DNA of 64,000 nt from the NCBI GenBank assembly GCA_945900755.1, contig CAMDKS010000003.1, forward strand, positions 17,031 through 81,030, read 5' to 3'. The stretch's first letter is position 1. The number at the start of each line of letters is the position of its first letter. This document shows positions 36,685 to 46,762 of this stretch, piece after piece. A program made the translations under genes and the position numbers. The notes under the pieces were generated by a model that saw only the letters and a list, made by a program, of their open reading frames with translations, was not told the origin of the DNA and did not search any database. The stretch is from Bdellovibrio sp. ZAP7. Its GTDB lineage: Bacteria > Bdellovibrionota_B > Oligoflexia > Oligoflexales > RGVZ01.

Positions 36685-38544
36685 TTACTCACCTGCAGCT
36701 TTGTTAGAAGAAATCGAGTCAATTTTTTTCTGGATTCGCAATTGGTCTTTTGAATCATTTTTGCACTTTAAGCCAGCTCGATACTTCTCTAGCGCAACTT
36801 TTTTGTTCCCGAGTGCCAGCAGCGCATCTCCTGCATGCTCCCAAATAACTCCCTCCTCGGCCTCGAGGACTAGCGCTTTCTCGAGGGTAGACAGTGCCAA
36901 TTTGTAATCTCGCTTCTGATAGAATATCCATCCGAGCGTGTCTAAATACCCGCCATTTTTAGGCTGCAATACCAAAGCTCGACGAACCAACTCTTCGGCC
37001 TCTTCTAATTTTCGGCCATCCTCCGCCAACAGGTAGGCCACAAAGTTCAAAGCGGGAGCATCCTTTTGATTTTTTTCAATGACCAGCCTCATGGTGACTT
37101 CACTTCCAGAGCGGTCGCCAGATTTTTCCTGATACACACCCTTTTCAAAGATCAGGTCTTCAGCGGTAGGAAAGCGCTGGATGGCTTCCGCAATTACCTC
37201 GACGCCAGCTTTAAAGCGATCGTCACTCGCCAAAAGAGAGGCCCAAAATCTGTAATTTTCAACGGTCGCATTTGGATTAGAACACAAGGTTTTGGCCAAT
37301 TCTAGGGCTTCGTCCATTTTACCCAATTGCTTTAAGGCAAGGGCATGAGACGTCATACCGTCAGCCTTTAAGGGTGATTCTGGAGGAATCTTCGCAAAAT
37401 ATGGAATCGCATCCTCAGGTCGACCCACAATGACAAGGGCGACACCGACCGTGTACATCGCACGGTCAGATTCCGGCACTTCGGCAATCAATTCCTCCGC
37501 CACTTTGAGTGCCTCGATATTTCGACGCATCTCCCATAGGATCAAAATCTTTTGCATTTTCAAACCTGGCACTTCGGCACGGCTATTCTCAATCATGTCG
37601 TCAATTAAAGTCAGTGCGGAAGGCAGACTTCCAAGCTCTTTGTAAAGATTAAGCATTCTCTGCACTAGCTCTGTGCTACCCGGATTGAACCGATATAACT
37701 GTTCATAAAGCTTTACGGCATCTTTGCTGCGATGGTTCAAATCAAGAGTCAAGGCATAGAGCAGTGCGAGCTCTGGATTATTCTCTTGTAGTTCCCAAGC
37801 TCTTCGAGCAGGCTCTAGTGCTTCTTTGGCCCGCTTCTCAGAAATCAAAATTTTGCTGAGAATCACCCAGCCTTGAATGCTTTGAGAATTCGCCTTTGTC
37901 AGTGAGCGAACGGCTCCAATAGCGGCTTCAGTATTATTTTGCATCTGATAGCATTTACTTAACGTGGTATAAGCTTCTTCAAGCTGAGGGTTTAGAACAA
38001 TAGCCCTTTTTAAATGGGTTTCCGCCTCTTTTGATTTGTCAGCCATTAGCAACACTTGACCAAAAAGCAAATGTAAGTCGGCATTATTTGGGTAAAGTAG
38101 AGACATCCGACGGGCCTCGTCGATACCTTTGCCATTTTTAGGATTGGCCAGTATTTTAGATCGCACCAAGCGTGCGCCCGTAAATGAGTTTGGCTCTAGA
38201 TTATAGGCAGCTTCAAAATAGGGCTCCGCTCCCGCAACATTGTCATTAAATATCAATTTCTGAGCCACCAAAAATTGATACATGGCCGTCACTCTCCGAG
38301 TGGCCGGAGACCACATTGTGGACGGATCCCCACTACCACTAGATGCCTCATTTCCGGCATCCTCCATGCCCGGCTCAATGACCGTAGACGGATCAGTCTT
38401 CACCTCTTTACCATTCAGGATTTCCGAGGATTTTTTAGTTGATTGCGTCTGACATCCGCTACTCATAAGACAAATTAAAAAACTGCTTATTAAAGTGCAA
38501 ACTCTATTGTTGAAACTACGAAGAAGCATTTTCGATTCCGCCAT
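36685..38544 (-). CDS. TPR-repeat lipoprotein
   Basis: LMSSGC lipobox, followed by about 12 TPR-like A/Y/L-patterned repeats. Confidence 0.8.
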   Translation of the reverse strand: MAESKMLLRSFNNRVCTLISSFLICLMSSGCQTQSTKKSSEILNGKEVKTDPSTVIEPGMEDAGNEASSGSGDPSTMWSPATRRVTAMYQFLVAQKLIFNDNVAGAEPYFEAAYNLEPNSFTGARLVRSKILANPKNGKGIDEARRMSLLYPNNADLHLLFGQVLLMADKSKEAETHLKRAIVLNPQLEEAYTTLSKCYQMQNNTEAAIGAVRSLTKANSQSIQGWVILSKILISEKRAKEALEPARRAWELQENNPELALLYALTLDLNHRSKDAVKLYEQLYRFNPGSTELVQRMLNLYKELGSLPSALTLIDDMIENSRAEVPGLKMQKILILWEMRRNIEALKVAEELIAEVPESDRAMYTVGVALVIVGRPEDAIPYFAKIPPESPLKADGMTSHALALKQLGKMDEALELAKTLCSNPNATVENYRFWASLLASDDRFKAGVEVIAEAIQRFPTAEDLIFEKGVYQEKSGDRSGSEVTMRLVIEKNQKDAPALNFVAYLLAEDGRKLEEAEELVRRALVLQPKNGGYLDTLGWIFYQKRDYKLALSTLEKALVLEAEEGVIWEHAGDALLALGNKKVALEKYRAGLKCKNDSKDQLRIQKKIDSISSNKAAGE

Positions 38545-38564
38545 TTTGCTTGACTGCGGTCATT

Positions 38565-39410
38565 TTAAATCCAAGCGCCACCTAATGATAGATTATACCC
38601 GTTTCTTGAGTTTTCATGCAAAGTTGAGATCGGCAAATCGTCATCATAGAAAACCTTGACCAAACATAGACCACAAGCTGGGGCGGTTGCAGGCGCAAGC
38701 CGACGGTCTTTTCCCTCCATAATGCCCCTAATTTCACCTTTGTCGACCTTCCCTCGGCCTACAGCAACAAGCAAACCAACCATATTTCTGACCATTTGCT
38801 TTAAAAACCCGTCCCCTAACACCCAAATTTCGAGCATCGGGCCACGGTCAAAGATTTCTATTTCGCGCACCCGCCGTATTTTTGATTTCGCAGAACTATC
38901 GGCCGCACATAAACTCGTAAAATCATGGGTGCCAATAAATTGACGAGCAGCCTCCGCCATTAGCGAGATATCTACTGGATGGTACATTCGCCAAGCATAC
39001 GGCGAAACAAACGGGCTTTCGCCTGCAACCTTCCAGATTCGGTAGCGGTAGGCCTTTCCGGTGCTATTAAAAGTGGGGTGAAAACTATCCGCTATGACCT
39101 GTACATTCATAACTCGAATATCTGGATCCAATAAGGAATTTAATGCTTTCGCGATCCTGAAAATATTGAGACCGAAGGCCCCTTTAAAAGTGACCACTTG
39201 GTGCTCGGCATGAACTCCAGTATCGGTTCTACTTGCAGACGTGACTCGCACTGGATGGCGGCAAAATGTCGCCAGCGCCGTTTCGAGGTGATCTTGGATC
39301 GTATTCCCATTCGGTTGACTTTGAAATCCATAGTATTTTTCACCGATGTAGGACAAATCCAATCGGTAAAGTGATTGAGCTAAAATCGCCGATTCACTTG
39401 GCTGTTTCAA
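38565..39410 (-). CDS. truA: tRNA pseudouridine(38-40) synthase
   Basis: YRLDLSYIGEKYYGFQSQ and SASRTDTGVHA (catalytic Asp). The tracked ORF (to 39563) overlaps the upstream gene by 170 nt. No in-frame ATG lies near the conserved start, so I place the start at the TTG at 39410 (uncertain). Confidence 0.8.
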   Translation of the reverse strand: MKQPSESAILAQSLYRLDLSYIGEKYYGFQSQPNGNTIQDHLETALATFCRHPVRVTSASRTDTGVHAEHQVVTFKGAFGLNIFRIAKALNSLLDPDIRVMNVQVIADSFHPTFNSTGKAYRYRIWKVAGESPFVSPYAWRMYHPVDISLMAEAARQFIGTHDFTSLCAADSSAKSKIRRVREIEIFDRGPMLEIWVLGDGFLKQMVRNMVGLLVAVGRGKVDKGEIRGIMEGKDRRLAPATAPACGLCLVKVFYDDDLPISTLHENSRNGYNLSLGGAWI

Positions 39411-40482
39411 AGGTAAACCCAACTCCGGCAGAGTTTCGGGCAAAGGAAAGACCAGAAGACACTGACCTGACCGACACTGAGCTGACCGATTCTCCGAAAA
39501 CTGTAAGGTAGACGTAACCAATGCCCAAGGTATCAACCATGCTATGGACGCCGCGTTCATCAAGGGGATTCATTAACAGGTGAACAGAGGCGCCCACACT
39601 CGATCCGAGTTTTGAGCCCGAATTAGTAAATACTTTGGTTGCAGCTGACAACGAGGTCGACCTCACATTCATTGGGACGATCATCGCTGTGGGCGCATCT
39701 CTGGTTTCCTGCCACCAGCCGTACTCGCCAGCCACCCAAAAATCAAAAACTAGATATTTACGATTAAAAGGCGACATTTGAATCTTTAGGCCGAGCTGTA
39801 TCGGGATGAACTGCAAGGTCGTATGGCTATTTTCGTCTGGTACGAGTGCACTACAAGGCTCGCTAGCAGGAGCACCTGAGGAACTCACCATCGCTTTCCC
39901 CCTTGCACTGATCGAACCCATTTTAAACATGACACCTGGATTGACGGCCCAATCTTTTGGAAACCAATCGACGCCCATAGAAACATTAGATTCCTTGCCG
40001 CCATAAATATCTTTATAACATTTTTGCTTTGCGCCAAACGTAGATTTATTTGCGGCAAGCTGAATTTTTTCTCTTCCATAAAATCTGCCACCATAAATCC
40101 CCTTCCGTGGTGCGTCCACTTCCTCAGGGGTCGCCTCTGCTTCCACGGTAGAAACCGTCATCGGCGGCGGAGATGGCTCGGACTTGACCTCTTCCGTTTT
40201 AGTTTCTTGTGGATCGGGCACATCCGACGTCACGGCCTCGTCAGCCGGCTTACCGTCAGTGGTTGCCGCGCCCTCATCCTCAACGCCCTCAACGCCCTCA
40301 TCGTCCTCCTCCTCGGCGACCTTATTTCCAGGATCGACAATTTCATCCATTGCTTTGAGCGTCTCTTTATTTGAATCTACGGCCTCCTGTGCATTGGAGG
40401 ATGTAGGATGCAGCAAAGTGCCTCCTACAACGAAAAAAATCAGTGCGGAATAAATCACTGCGAACTCGCTCAATATACGCAT
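39394..40482 (-). CDS. secreted hypothetical protein with an acidic low-complexity N-terminal region
   Basis: Signal peptide, then an E/D-rich stretch (EEEDDEGVEGVEDEGAA), then a beta-rich C-terminal region. Confidence 0.4.
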   Translation of the reverse strand: MRILSEFAVIYSALIFFVVGGTLLHPTSSNAQEAVDSNKETLKAMDEIVDPGNKVAEEEDDEGVEGVEDEGAATTDGKPADEAVTSDVPDPQETKTEEVKSEPSPPPMTVSTVEAEATPEEVDAPRKGIYGGRFYGREKIQLAANKSTFGAKQKCYKDIYGGKESNVSMGVDWFPKDWAVNPGVMFKMGSISARGKAMVSSSGAPASEPCSALVPDENSHTTLQFIPIQLGLKIQMSPFNRKYLVFDFWVAGEYGWWQETRDAPTAMIVPMNVRSTSLSAATKVFTNSGSKLGSSVGASVHLLMNPLDERGVHSMVDTLGIGYVYLTVFGESVSSVSVRSVSSGLSFARNSAGVGFTFETAK

Positions 40483-40557
40483 TTAAAGTCTCCAACCAAA
40501 AAAGGAACACTCAACATCCACACTCATTCTCAAGTCGTTAGCGTTAAAGGCTTCCGA

Positions 40558-41562
40558 TTAGCTCAGTGCCTCAAGAATTTGAACGGCATTCGTCGCCGCT
40601 CCCTTCTTAAGATTATCTGCCACTACCCAAAACTGAAGCCACTGGCTTACTTCCTGATCAATCGGCGTTCTTACTCGCGCGACGTGCACACCTCTGTCCC
40701 CAGCAATCGTTCGTGGCGTAGGAAAGGACCCATGATCGTTTTCTAGGTGCATGGTAAGACCAGCAAACGAAGACATGACCGCAATCGCCTCAGTTCGTGA
40801 AACTTTTCGCGACAACTTCACCGAAACAGCCTCTCCATGGCAGTGATAGACGGGCACTCGCACGGTCGTCGCAAGAATCACAAGATTTGGCAACGAGAAT
40901 ACTTTTCGTGTTTCGCGCACCATTTTTTCTTCTTCAAAACAGTGACCGCGGTCGTCTAGAACATCAATGGCCGGCAAAATATTAAAGGCAATTGGTTGTG
41001 CGTAGACTAGAGTCTTAGGCTCCGAAAACTTAAACGAAGATTCCACTTGATTCGCTAATTCTTTAATTCCTTTTTGACCAGTTCCAGAAACTGATTGATA
41101 GGTCGCAACGTGAACCTCCTCAAGGCCAAAGGCATCAAGGAGTGGCTTCAACGCAACCACCATCTGAATGGTCGAACAGTTTGGATTGGCTATGATCGAT
41201 CCCTTTGGAAGGGATTTAAGAGTTGCAGCATTTACTTCCGGCACAACTAAAGGAACACTTTCAGTCATTCGCCAAGCCGAGCTATTGTCGATGACAGTGA
41301 CTCCAAGATCAGAAATAGCTTTTCCATTTTGTTTGGAAAAAGCGCCCCCAGCACTCATCAAACAAACGTCAAAACCCTTGAGCTCATTCAGCTGATAGGC
41401 TTTAACTTCAAACGATTTACCTCGGAAGGTTAGCATCTCGCCTGCGCTACGTTGGGACGCAAAAAAACCAATTTGGATATCCTTGATTTTAGAATCTTCC
41501 AAATCAGAAAGCATTTCTCGACCAACAGCTCCCGTTACCCCAATGATTGCAACCCTCATCAC
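40558..41562 (-). CDS. asd: aspartate-semialdehyde dehydrogenase
   Basis: GVTGAVG and IIANPNCSTIQMV (catalytic Cys). Confidence 0.9.
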   Translation of the reverse strand: MMRVAIIGVTGAVGREMLSDLEDSKIKDIQIGFFASQRSAGEMLTFRGKSFEVKAYQLNELKGFDVCLMSAGGAFSKQNGKAISDLGVTVIDNSSAWRMTESVPLVVPEVNAATLKSLPKGSIIANPNCSTIQMVVALKPLLDAFGLEEVHVATYQSVSGTGQKGIKELANQVESSFKFSEPKTLVYAQPIAFNILPAIDVLDDRGHCFEEEKMVRETRKVFSLPNLVILATTVRVPVYHCHGEAVSVKLSRKVSRTEAIAVMSSFAGLTMHLENDHGSFPTPRTIAGDRGVHVARVRTPIDQEVSQWLQFWVVADNLKKGAATNAVQILEALS

Positions 41563-42401
41563 GGCTCCTCGTCAATGGTCGATTCAGCAAAAATTTCGTC
41601 TTCATCAGTCAGTTTAGTCCAACCAATAGCCCAAGCGACCGGCCCCGATAAAACGTAGAAAAATATAAGACAAAATCCCACCACCTCGGGAGCATAATAC
41701 AACAGAGAAATGAGCATGACAAAAAGAACTAGCATTTGAAATGGTCTAATCGATTTAAACTTCAATACCTTATGGGATTTAAATATGATGTTACTGACCA
41801 TCAGCAACGCGAGCGTAGGGCTTAAAAAAGCCAAAAATGTTCTTCTGAATTCCGGTGTCAATAGGTACTCCATCGCCGGCCAATTGGATAAATGTTCGGC
41901 TAATTGGCGTTGGTCCAAATCCACCATTAAAGAAACAAAACTAGCCACTGCAATCGCAGCCATCGGAATGGGAAGACCCGTAAAATCCCCTGAAGCTTTG
42001 CCAATGGCTGTGAGTACATTGAATCTAGCTAATCGTAACGTACCACACGCCATAAACACAAAGCATGCGACCCACCCCATTCGACCAAGGCTTACCAAGC
42101 CATACTGGTACATCAAAAACGCTGGCGCGACTCCAAACGAAACACAGTCACACAAGGAGTCATACTGCACCCCAAACTCACTTGTGCCCTTTGTAAGTCT
42201 AGCCACGCGGCCGTCTAACACATCGAATATGGCCGCAAGAAAAATAGCGCCTGCAGCCCAGCCAAAATTACCATTCAGACTCTTAATAATTGAAAAGAAT
42301 CCGAAAAACAAATTACCGGTGGTCAACAAATTTGGAAGAATGTAAACAGCACCTCCAAGGCGGCGCGGACGAGTCACTGAATCTTTTGAACTATCACTCA
42401 T
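41559..42401 (-). CDS. pssA: CDP-diacylglycerol--serine O-phosphatidyltransferase
   Basis: CDP-alcohol phosphatidyltransferase motif DVLDGRVAR...G...DSLCD. Polytopic. Confidence 0.85.
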   Translation of the reverse strand: MSDSSKDSVTRPRRLGGAVYILPNLLTTGNLFFGFFSIIKSLNGNFGWAAGAIFLAAIFDVLDGRVARLTKGTSEFGVQYDSLCDCVSFGVAPAFLMYQYGLVSLGRMGWVACFVFMACGTLRLARFNVLTAIGKASGDFTGLPIPMAAIAVASFVSLMVDLDQRQLAEHLSNWPAMEYLLTPEFRRTFLAFLSPTLALLMVSNIIFKSHKVLKFKSIRPFQMLVLFVMLISLLYYAPEVVGFCLIFFYVLSGPVAWAIGWTKLTDEDEIFAESTIDEEP

Positions 42402-42424
42402 AAATACGAAACCCCTTTGACACT

Positions 42425-43159
42425 TCAGTGTCGATCAATTCTTTCTCGTTCACTATGCTCAAGGTCGAACTTTTCCTCGACTGAAGATTTCCTTAAATAA
42501 ATGGCCTCTGGAATTTCCTTTGACCAATTCACCGTGCGCCCTTCAGTCACCAGATCAGCAAGACACTTCAAAACCATTTCGCTGGCCGCTTTAGCGTCAA
42601 TCACAGCGGAAATACCAGCACCCAATAAATCTGCTGACGAAACCAGCTGAGCCCAATCTCCAATCACCATCCAATACTTCGGAAATCCCTCTGAGAAACT
42701 AGCCGAAGATAGGTCAACTGGCAACATTCGACTGACACCCTTTTGCACAATCGCTGCATAGCCGCTTGTTTTTGTTGCAGGAAGGAAAACTACAACGTCA
42801 CACCGCTCTCGAATCGCAGTCGATTCGGCCAAAACGAGTAAAGACGATGCACCTAACACCCTCAAATTTTGATTTGATGCCGAATCGTTTAAACCCAGGC
42901 TAAAGCCGTAGGCGAATGCAAGTCCAACACGAATTCCCGTAAACGAGCCGGGCCCCTGAGAAACCACAAGAGCTCCGACGTCACGACTGGTGGCGCAAAG
43001 ATCTTCAAGACCTCTTTTGACCATGAGTGGTAATTGTCGAGCGCTGTCCTTGATGTCTTCTGACACTTCAAAAAAAGCTAATTTTTTTTCACCAGGACGC
43101 AAGAGGCCGACAGCGGCTCCGCGAATGGACGTATCGATGATCAAAGTAAGCTGTTTCAT
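42425..43159 (-). CDS. tsaB: tRNA t6A37 biosynthesis protein TsaB
   Basis: SQGPGSFTGIRVGLAFAYG. Trimmed to the ATG at 43159, which overlaps the rseP stop (ATGA). Confidence 0.8.
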   Translation of the reverse strand: MKQLTLIIDTSIRGAAVGLLRPGEKKLAFFEVSEDIKDSARQLPLMVKRGLEDLCATSRDVGALVVSQGPGSFTGIRVGLAFAYGFSLGLNDSASNQNLRVLGASSLLVLAESTAIRERCDVVVFLPATKTSGYAAIVQKGVSRMLPVDLSSASFSEGFPKYWMVIGDWAQLVSSADLLGAGISAVIDAKAASEMVLKCLADLVTEGRTVNWSKEIPEAIYLRKSSVEEKFDLEHSERERIDRH

Positions 43160-44880
43160 TTCGCACCAAAAATACTCGCCACCATACTGCCCCAAAAACG
43201 ACTGAGGTCATTATAAAGCGCGACAACCACTAACGACATCACCATCACGAAACCAATTTTTTGAACGTTCTCAATCGTCGATTCCGAAATAGGAGATCCC
43301 TTAACACCTTCGACCGCAAGTAATACCAGCTGTCCACCGTCAAGCACAGGAATAGGAAATAGATTGACTAGGCCCAAGTTTATTGAAATCACAGCCATCG
43401 TAGCTAAAAAAGCTAGCCCACCCGCTTTGGCGGAATCTCCAGCAACTTTAGCGATCATCATCGGCCCGCCCAGAGCTTTAATGGGCGTCAAACCGGTAAC
43501 GATTCTCCACAGGGCTACGACCATCACTGACGTTTGATTATACGCTTCCGCAAGTCCCATTCCTGCGGCCTTAATGGGATTAGACTCTTGTGTAATCTCT
43601 GGATCTGGCGTCGTGGATTGACCGAGCATGGCCACGTCTAGGGAGTAAAAGGTCACGGCTCCTTCTGGCAGCTGCACTTCGATTGGATCGAGCGAAACTG
43701 TAACCGCTTGTTCCTTCAAATCCCGAACTACAGTCAATGTGACCTCTGGCAATTTCCAGGCCTCCATAATTTCTTGAAGGCGGAAAATGTTTTGAATCGG
43801 CTTTCCATTCCAAGCAATCATTCTGTCTCCTGGCTTCAGCACACCGGATGCCTTGCCCTTCGCTATTCCAACGGTTAGGTGACTATCGACGGCGCCAAGT
43901 AGGGCCGCATAAGCGCGGTCTGTCTCAGCGTTGATCTTTGGCCATTTAGAGACATGTAGCGTCACTTCGCGAACATCTTTAGCGCCGCGTTCTACCGGTC
44001 GCCCTTTATCATCAGCAATGATCGTGACTGGACGTACCGTGACTCTTATTTCAGGAACCGCCGTGCGAGACCAATCGCCAAACATCGCAAATGTTTCGTG
44101 TAGCCCATGAATTTTGTGCACGGCACCGCTTGCGTCGATCCAAGATTCCAGCCTATCGCCGGAGGTGATACCGTCTAAGGCCATCACCGATGCTGCAGAG
44201 GTAATGGTAACGACCGCACTCGGATACGCTAGTGCGACTCCAAGGCGACCAATTTTGGACATAGAACCGAAAATAGTTCGACCAACGACAGCCTCTGGGG
44301 TCACGTTTTTTTCAATAAGAATACCCTTGCGAAGAATGGTCATTTTCAATGGAGTATCGGGATTCTTCTGAAAAATTCGTTCGATATCCGACCATCCTTT
44401 TATGGACTGACCCTCAATCTCAACAAATTTATCCCCAGGCATAATTCCTGCTAGTTGTGCGCGCCCCCCCTCGATAACATCTCCCACAAGTGCAGGCGGA
44501 TGTTCAAGCCCATGCATTATCATTCCCCAAAAAATCACAAAGGCCAAAAGAAAATTTGCAAGGGGGCCCGCGGCAACAATAAGTGCGCGCTTCCACAAAG
44601 CTGCTTTCCAAAACAAGGTGCCGGTGACACCCTCGGGTACGTCTTCATTGCGGGTACTACCATAAAACTTGACATAGCCACCCAAGGGAATCCAGCCAAT
44701 CAAATAATCCGTCTGACCGCGGCGAAATGCTGCGATGCGGTGCCCAAAACCAATGGAAAATTTCTCAATCGCAACACCACACCAACGACCCACCAGATAG
44801 TGCCCAAGCTCATGAAATAGAACTAATCCGCCAAGCATAATCAGCATTGCGACAATTGGATTTGACAAAATATTTTGCAT
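43156..44880 (-). CDS. rseP: RIP site-2 zinc metalloprotease RseP
   Basis: HELGHY, PDZ domains, and a C-terminal NLFPIPVLDGG motif. Trimmed to the ATG at 44880. Confidence 0.85.
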   Translation of the reverse strand: MQNILSNPIVAMLIMLGGLVLFHELGHYLVGRWCGVAIEKFSIGFGHRIAAFRRGQTDYLIGWIPLGGYVKFYGSTRNEDVPEGVTGTLFWKAALWKRALIVAAGPLANFLLAFVIFWGMIMHGLEHPPALVGDVIEGGRAQLAGIMPGDKFVEIEGQSIKGWSDIERIFQKNPDTPLKMTILRKGILIEKNVTPEAVVGRTIFGSMSKIGRLGVALAYPSAVVTITSAASVMALDGITSGDRLESWIDASGAVHKIHGLHETFAMFGDWSRTAVPEIRVTVRPVTIIADDKGRPVERGAKDVREVTLHVSKWPKINAETDRAYAALLGAVDSHLTVGIAKGKASGVLKPGDRMIAWNGKPIQNIFRLQEIMEAWKLPEVTLTVVRDLKEQAVTVSLDPIEVQLPEGAVTFYSLDVAMLGQSTTPDPEITQESNPIKAAGMGLAEAYNQTSVMVVALWRIVTGLTPIKALGGPMMIAKVAGDSAKAGGLAFLATMAVISINLGLVNLFPIPVLDGGQLVLLAVEGVKGSPISESTIENVQKIGFVMVMSLVVVALYNDLSRFWGSMVASIFGAK

Positions 44881-44926
44881 TTTATTCCTTCCTTCGCCTC
44901 TCAAAATCGAGGCAAAAGGTACGAAG

Positions 44927-45835
44927 CTAGTTCAACGAATTCGAAACTTTCGAAATATACAGAACCAGCCAAACAACTGGTCCAGCAAACAATACTCCAT
45001 CAATTCGGTCCAAAAGTCCACCGTGGCCAGGCAGCAAAGACCCGGAATCTTTAACACCAGTAAACCGCTTTATGACCGACTCCACGAGGTCACCCATTTG
45101 TCCAGAGATGCCGCCACAAAAACCGCAAGCTAAGGTAGTGCCAAGGCTAACAGTGCTTTGTTCGGGATTATAGACATACCACATCCATGCACCTGCCACA
45201 CTTGCCAGAAGTCCTGCAAAGGCTCCTTCCCAAGTCTTTTTGGGACTTTTATGTGGTGCTAACTTATGCTTTCCAAAAAACCTACCGCCGAAATATCCGC
45301 CCGTATCTCCCATCCAAACGACGATGAGTACCAAAATCAAATATTGAGCATTTTGCGCTTTTGCATACAGCTCCCAAATGACCAACCAAGGGAATCCTGC
45401 ATAAACAAGGGTAATAATAAAGCCCAAAATCCGCGCCATTTCGGCCTCGATACCGCGGGTAGCAAACACACCCGCCAACATGGCAAAAATCAAGCCAAAA
45501 ACCACAATTCCTCGTCCAGCCTCTAAATCATAAAAAGCTGAAACGACAAAAATCACGTTCATAACTAAGCTACAAAACAAAGCCAGATGTCGGTAGTGTG
45601 CCGAGCCTTTAGCCGCCACATAGACCTCCTTCGCCTCACCCTGGGCGCCATCAACAGCGGCATAATTTCGCAGCAATTCATCCAATCGCGGCTGAATCAT
45701 CATCGACATTTCACCGACGGAAATGGTGATGAGGATCACGAGAAATATCGCAACACCCCATGCAGGACCATAAATTAATAGTGCGAGAAGCAACGGCAAC
45801 AAGACGGCCGCAGTTAGAATTCGGGCTTTCAGCAT
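44927..45835 (-). CDS. cdsA: phosphatidate cytidylyltransferase
   Basis: Polytopic protein with C-terminal SVIKRFTGVKDSGSLLPGHGGLLDRID. Confidence 0.85.
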   Translation of the reverse strand: MLKARILTAAVLLPLLLALLIYGPAWGVAIFLVILITISVGEMSMMIQPRLDELLRNYAAVDGAQGEAKEVYVAAKGSAHYRHLALFCSLVMNVIFVVSAFYDLEAGRGIVVFGLIFAMLAGVFATRGIEAEMARILGFIITLVYAGFPWLVIWELYAKAQNAQYLILVLIVVWMGDTGGYFGGRFFGKHKLAPHKSPKKTWEGAFAGLLASVAGAWMWYVYNPEQSTVSLGTTLACGFCGGISGQMGDLVESVIKRFTGVKDSGSLLPGHGGLLDRIDGVLFAGPVVWLVLYISKVSNSLN

Positions 45836-46632
45836 AATGGAAGGCCTTGATTAGTGGCTGGTGAATGGCTATCCACCACCTTTGGCCGACCATCAATCAA
45901 TCCAAAACGTCGCTCCCGAGAATAGAATTTTTGCAAGGCCAAAGAAAATTCAGCTCTTGAAAAATCTGGCCACATGACAGGAGAAAAATGAAACTCTGCG
46001 TAAGCAGATTGCCAAAGAAGAAAATTACTAATGCGCATTTCACCGCTAGTTCTTATGACAAGATCAGGATCTGGAAGTCCTGTCGTATCCAAGTTCAGGG
46101 AAATCATTTCTGCGGTTATGTCCTCGGGTTTAATTTCGCCACGAGCGACTTTGTGGGCTAGGGCTTGAGTCGCTCTAGTAATTTCTGCACGACCGCCATA
46201 ACTGAGGGCTACGTTTAAAATCAGTCCGGTATTGCTCGCCAGCATTCTCTTAGTTTCATCGAGCAAACGTTGCAAGGTAGGAGACAACCGCGAATAATCA
46301 CCAATAATTTGACATCGGACATTTTGGCGATTGAGTTCATCGCGTTCTTTTCCAAGATAGTGTTCGATGAGTTTCATGATGACGCCGACTTCTTCCGCCG
46401 GCCGCCCCCAATTTTCATCACTAAACGCATAAAGAGTGAGTACTTCAATGCCCCATTGGCCTGCTTGCTCAACAATTTCGCGAACACGTTCGGCGCCATG
46501 CTTATGCCCGAAAACGCGAGGCCGCCCTTGTTGTTTGGCCCAACGACCGTTTCCATCCATAATCATAGCAACATGACGAGGCATGGCGTCGCAAGGAATT
46601 GGAAATGGTAATGAAGAACCAGAAGAGGACAT
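45829..46632 (-). CDS. uppS: undecaprenyl diphosphate synthase
   Basis: HVAMIMDGNGRWA and RTSGEMRISNFLLWQ. Confidence 0.9.
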   Translation of the reverse strand: MSSSGSSLPFPIPCDAMPRHVAMIMDGNGRWAKQQGRPRVFGHKHGAERVREIVEQAGQWGIEVLTLYAFSDENWGRPAEEVGVIMKLIEHYLGKERDELNRQNVRCQIIGDYSRLSPTLQRLLDETKRMLASNTGLILNVALSYGGRAEITRATQALAHKVARGEIKPEDITAEMISLNLDTTGLPDPDLVIRTSGEMRISNFLLWQSAYAEFHFSPVMWPDFSRAEFSLALQKFYSRERRFGLIDGRPKVVDSHSPATNQGLPLC

Positions 46633-46762
46633 TTAAAAATTCCAAAATAACTGACGATAAATTCAGTATATTATTGCTGACACAAAATAGCCCCGAGGTG
46701 TAACATAAAGACCATTCAGCGTCTAGAACATTGCGGAACCAACTCTAACATATGGAAATTAA

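Noticed and set aside
41785-42345. 186-aa plus-strand ORF. Similar long ORFs occur at 9742..10284, 9050..9562, 19152..19691, 3887..4267, 4241..4669, 52973..53725 and elsewhere.
   Set aside because: All lie antisense to, or out of frame within, strongly supported genes (pssA, trmH-like, S8 protease, lnt, rho). They have low-complexity or Arg/Ser/Pro-rich translations typical of shadow ORFs. None has an RBS or a recognisable motif.
44927-46632. Absence of dxr between cdsA and rseP in the uppS-cdsA-rseP block.
   Set aside because: Gene order varies between phyla, and dxr may be encoded elsewhere. The point is not interpretable from one window.
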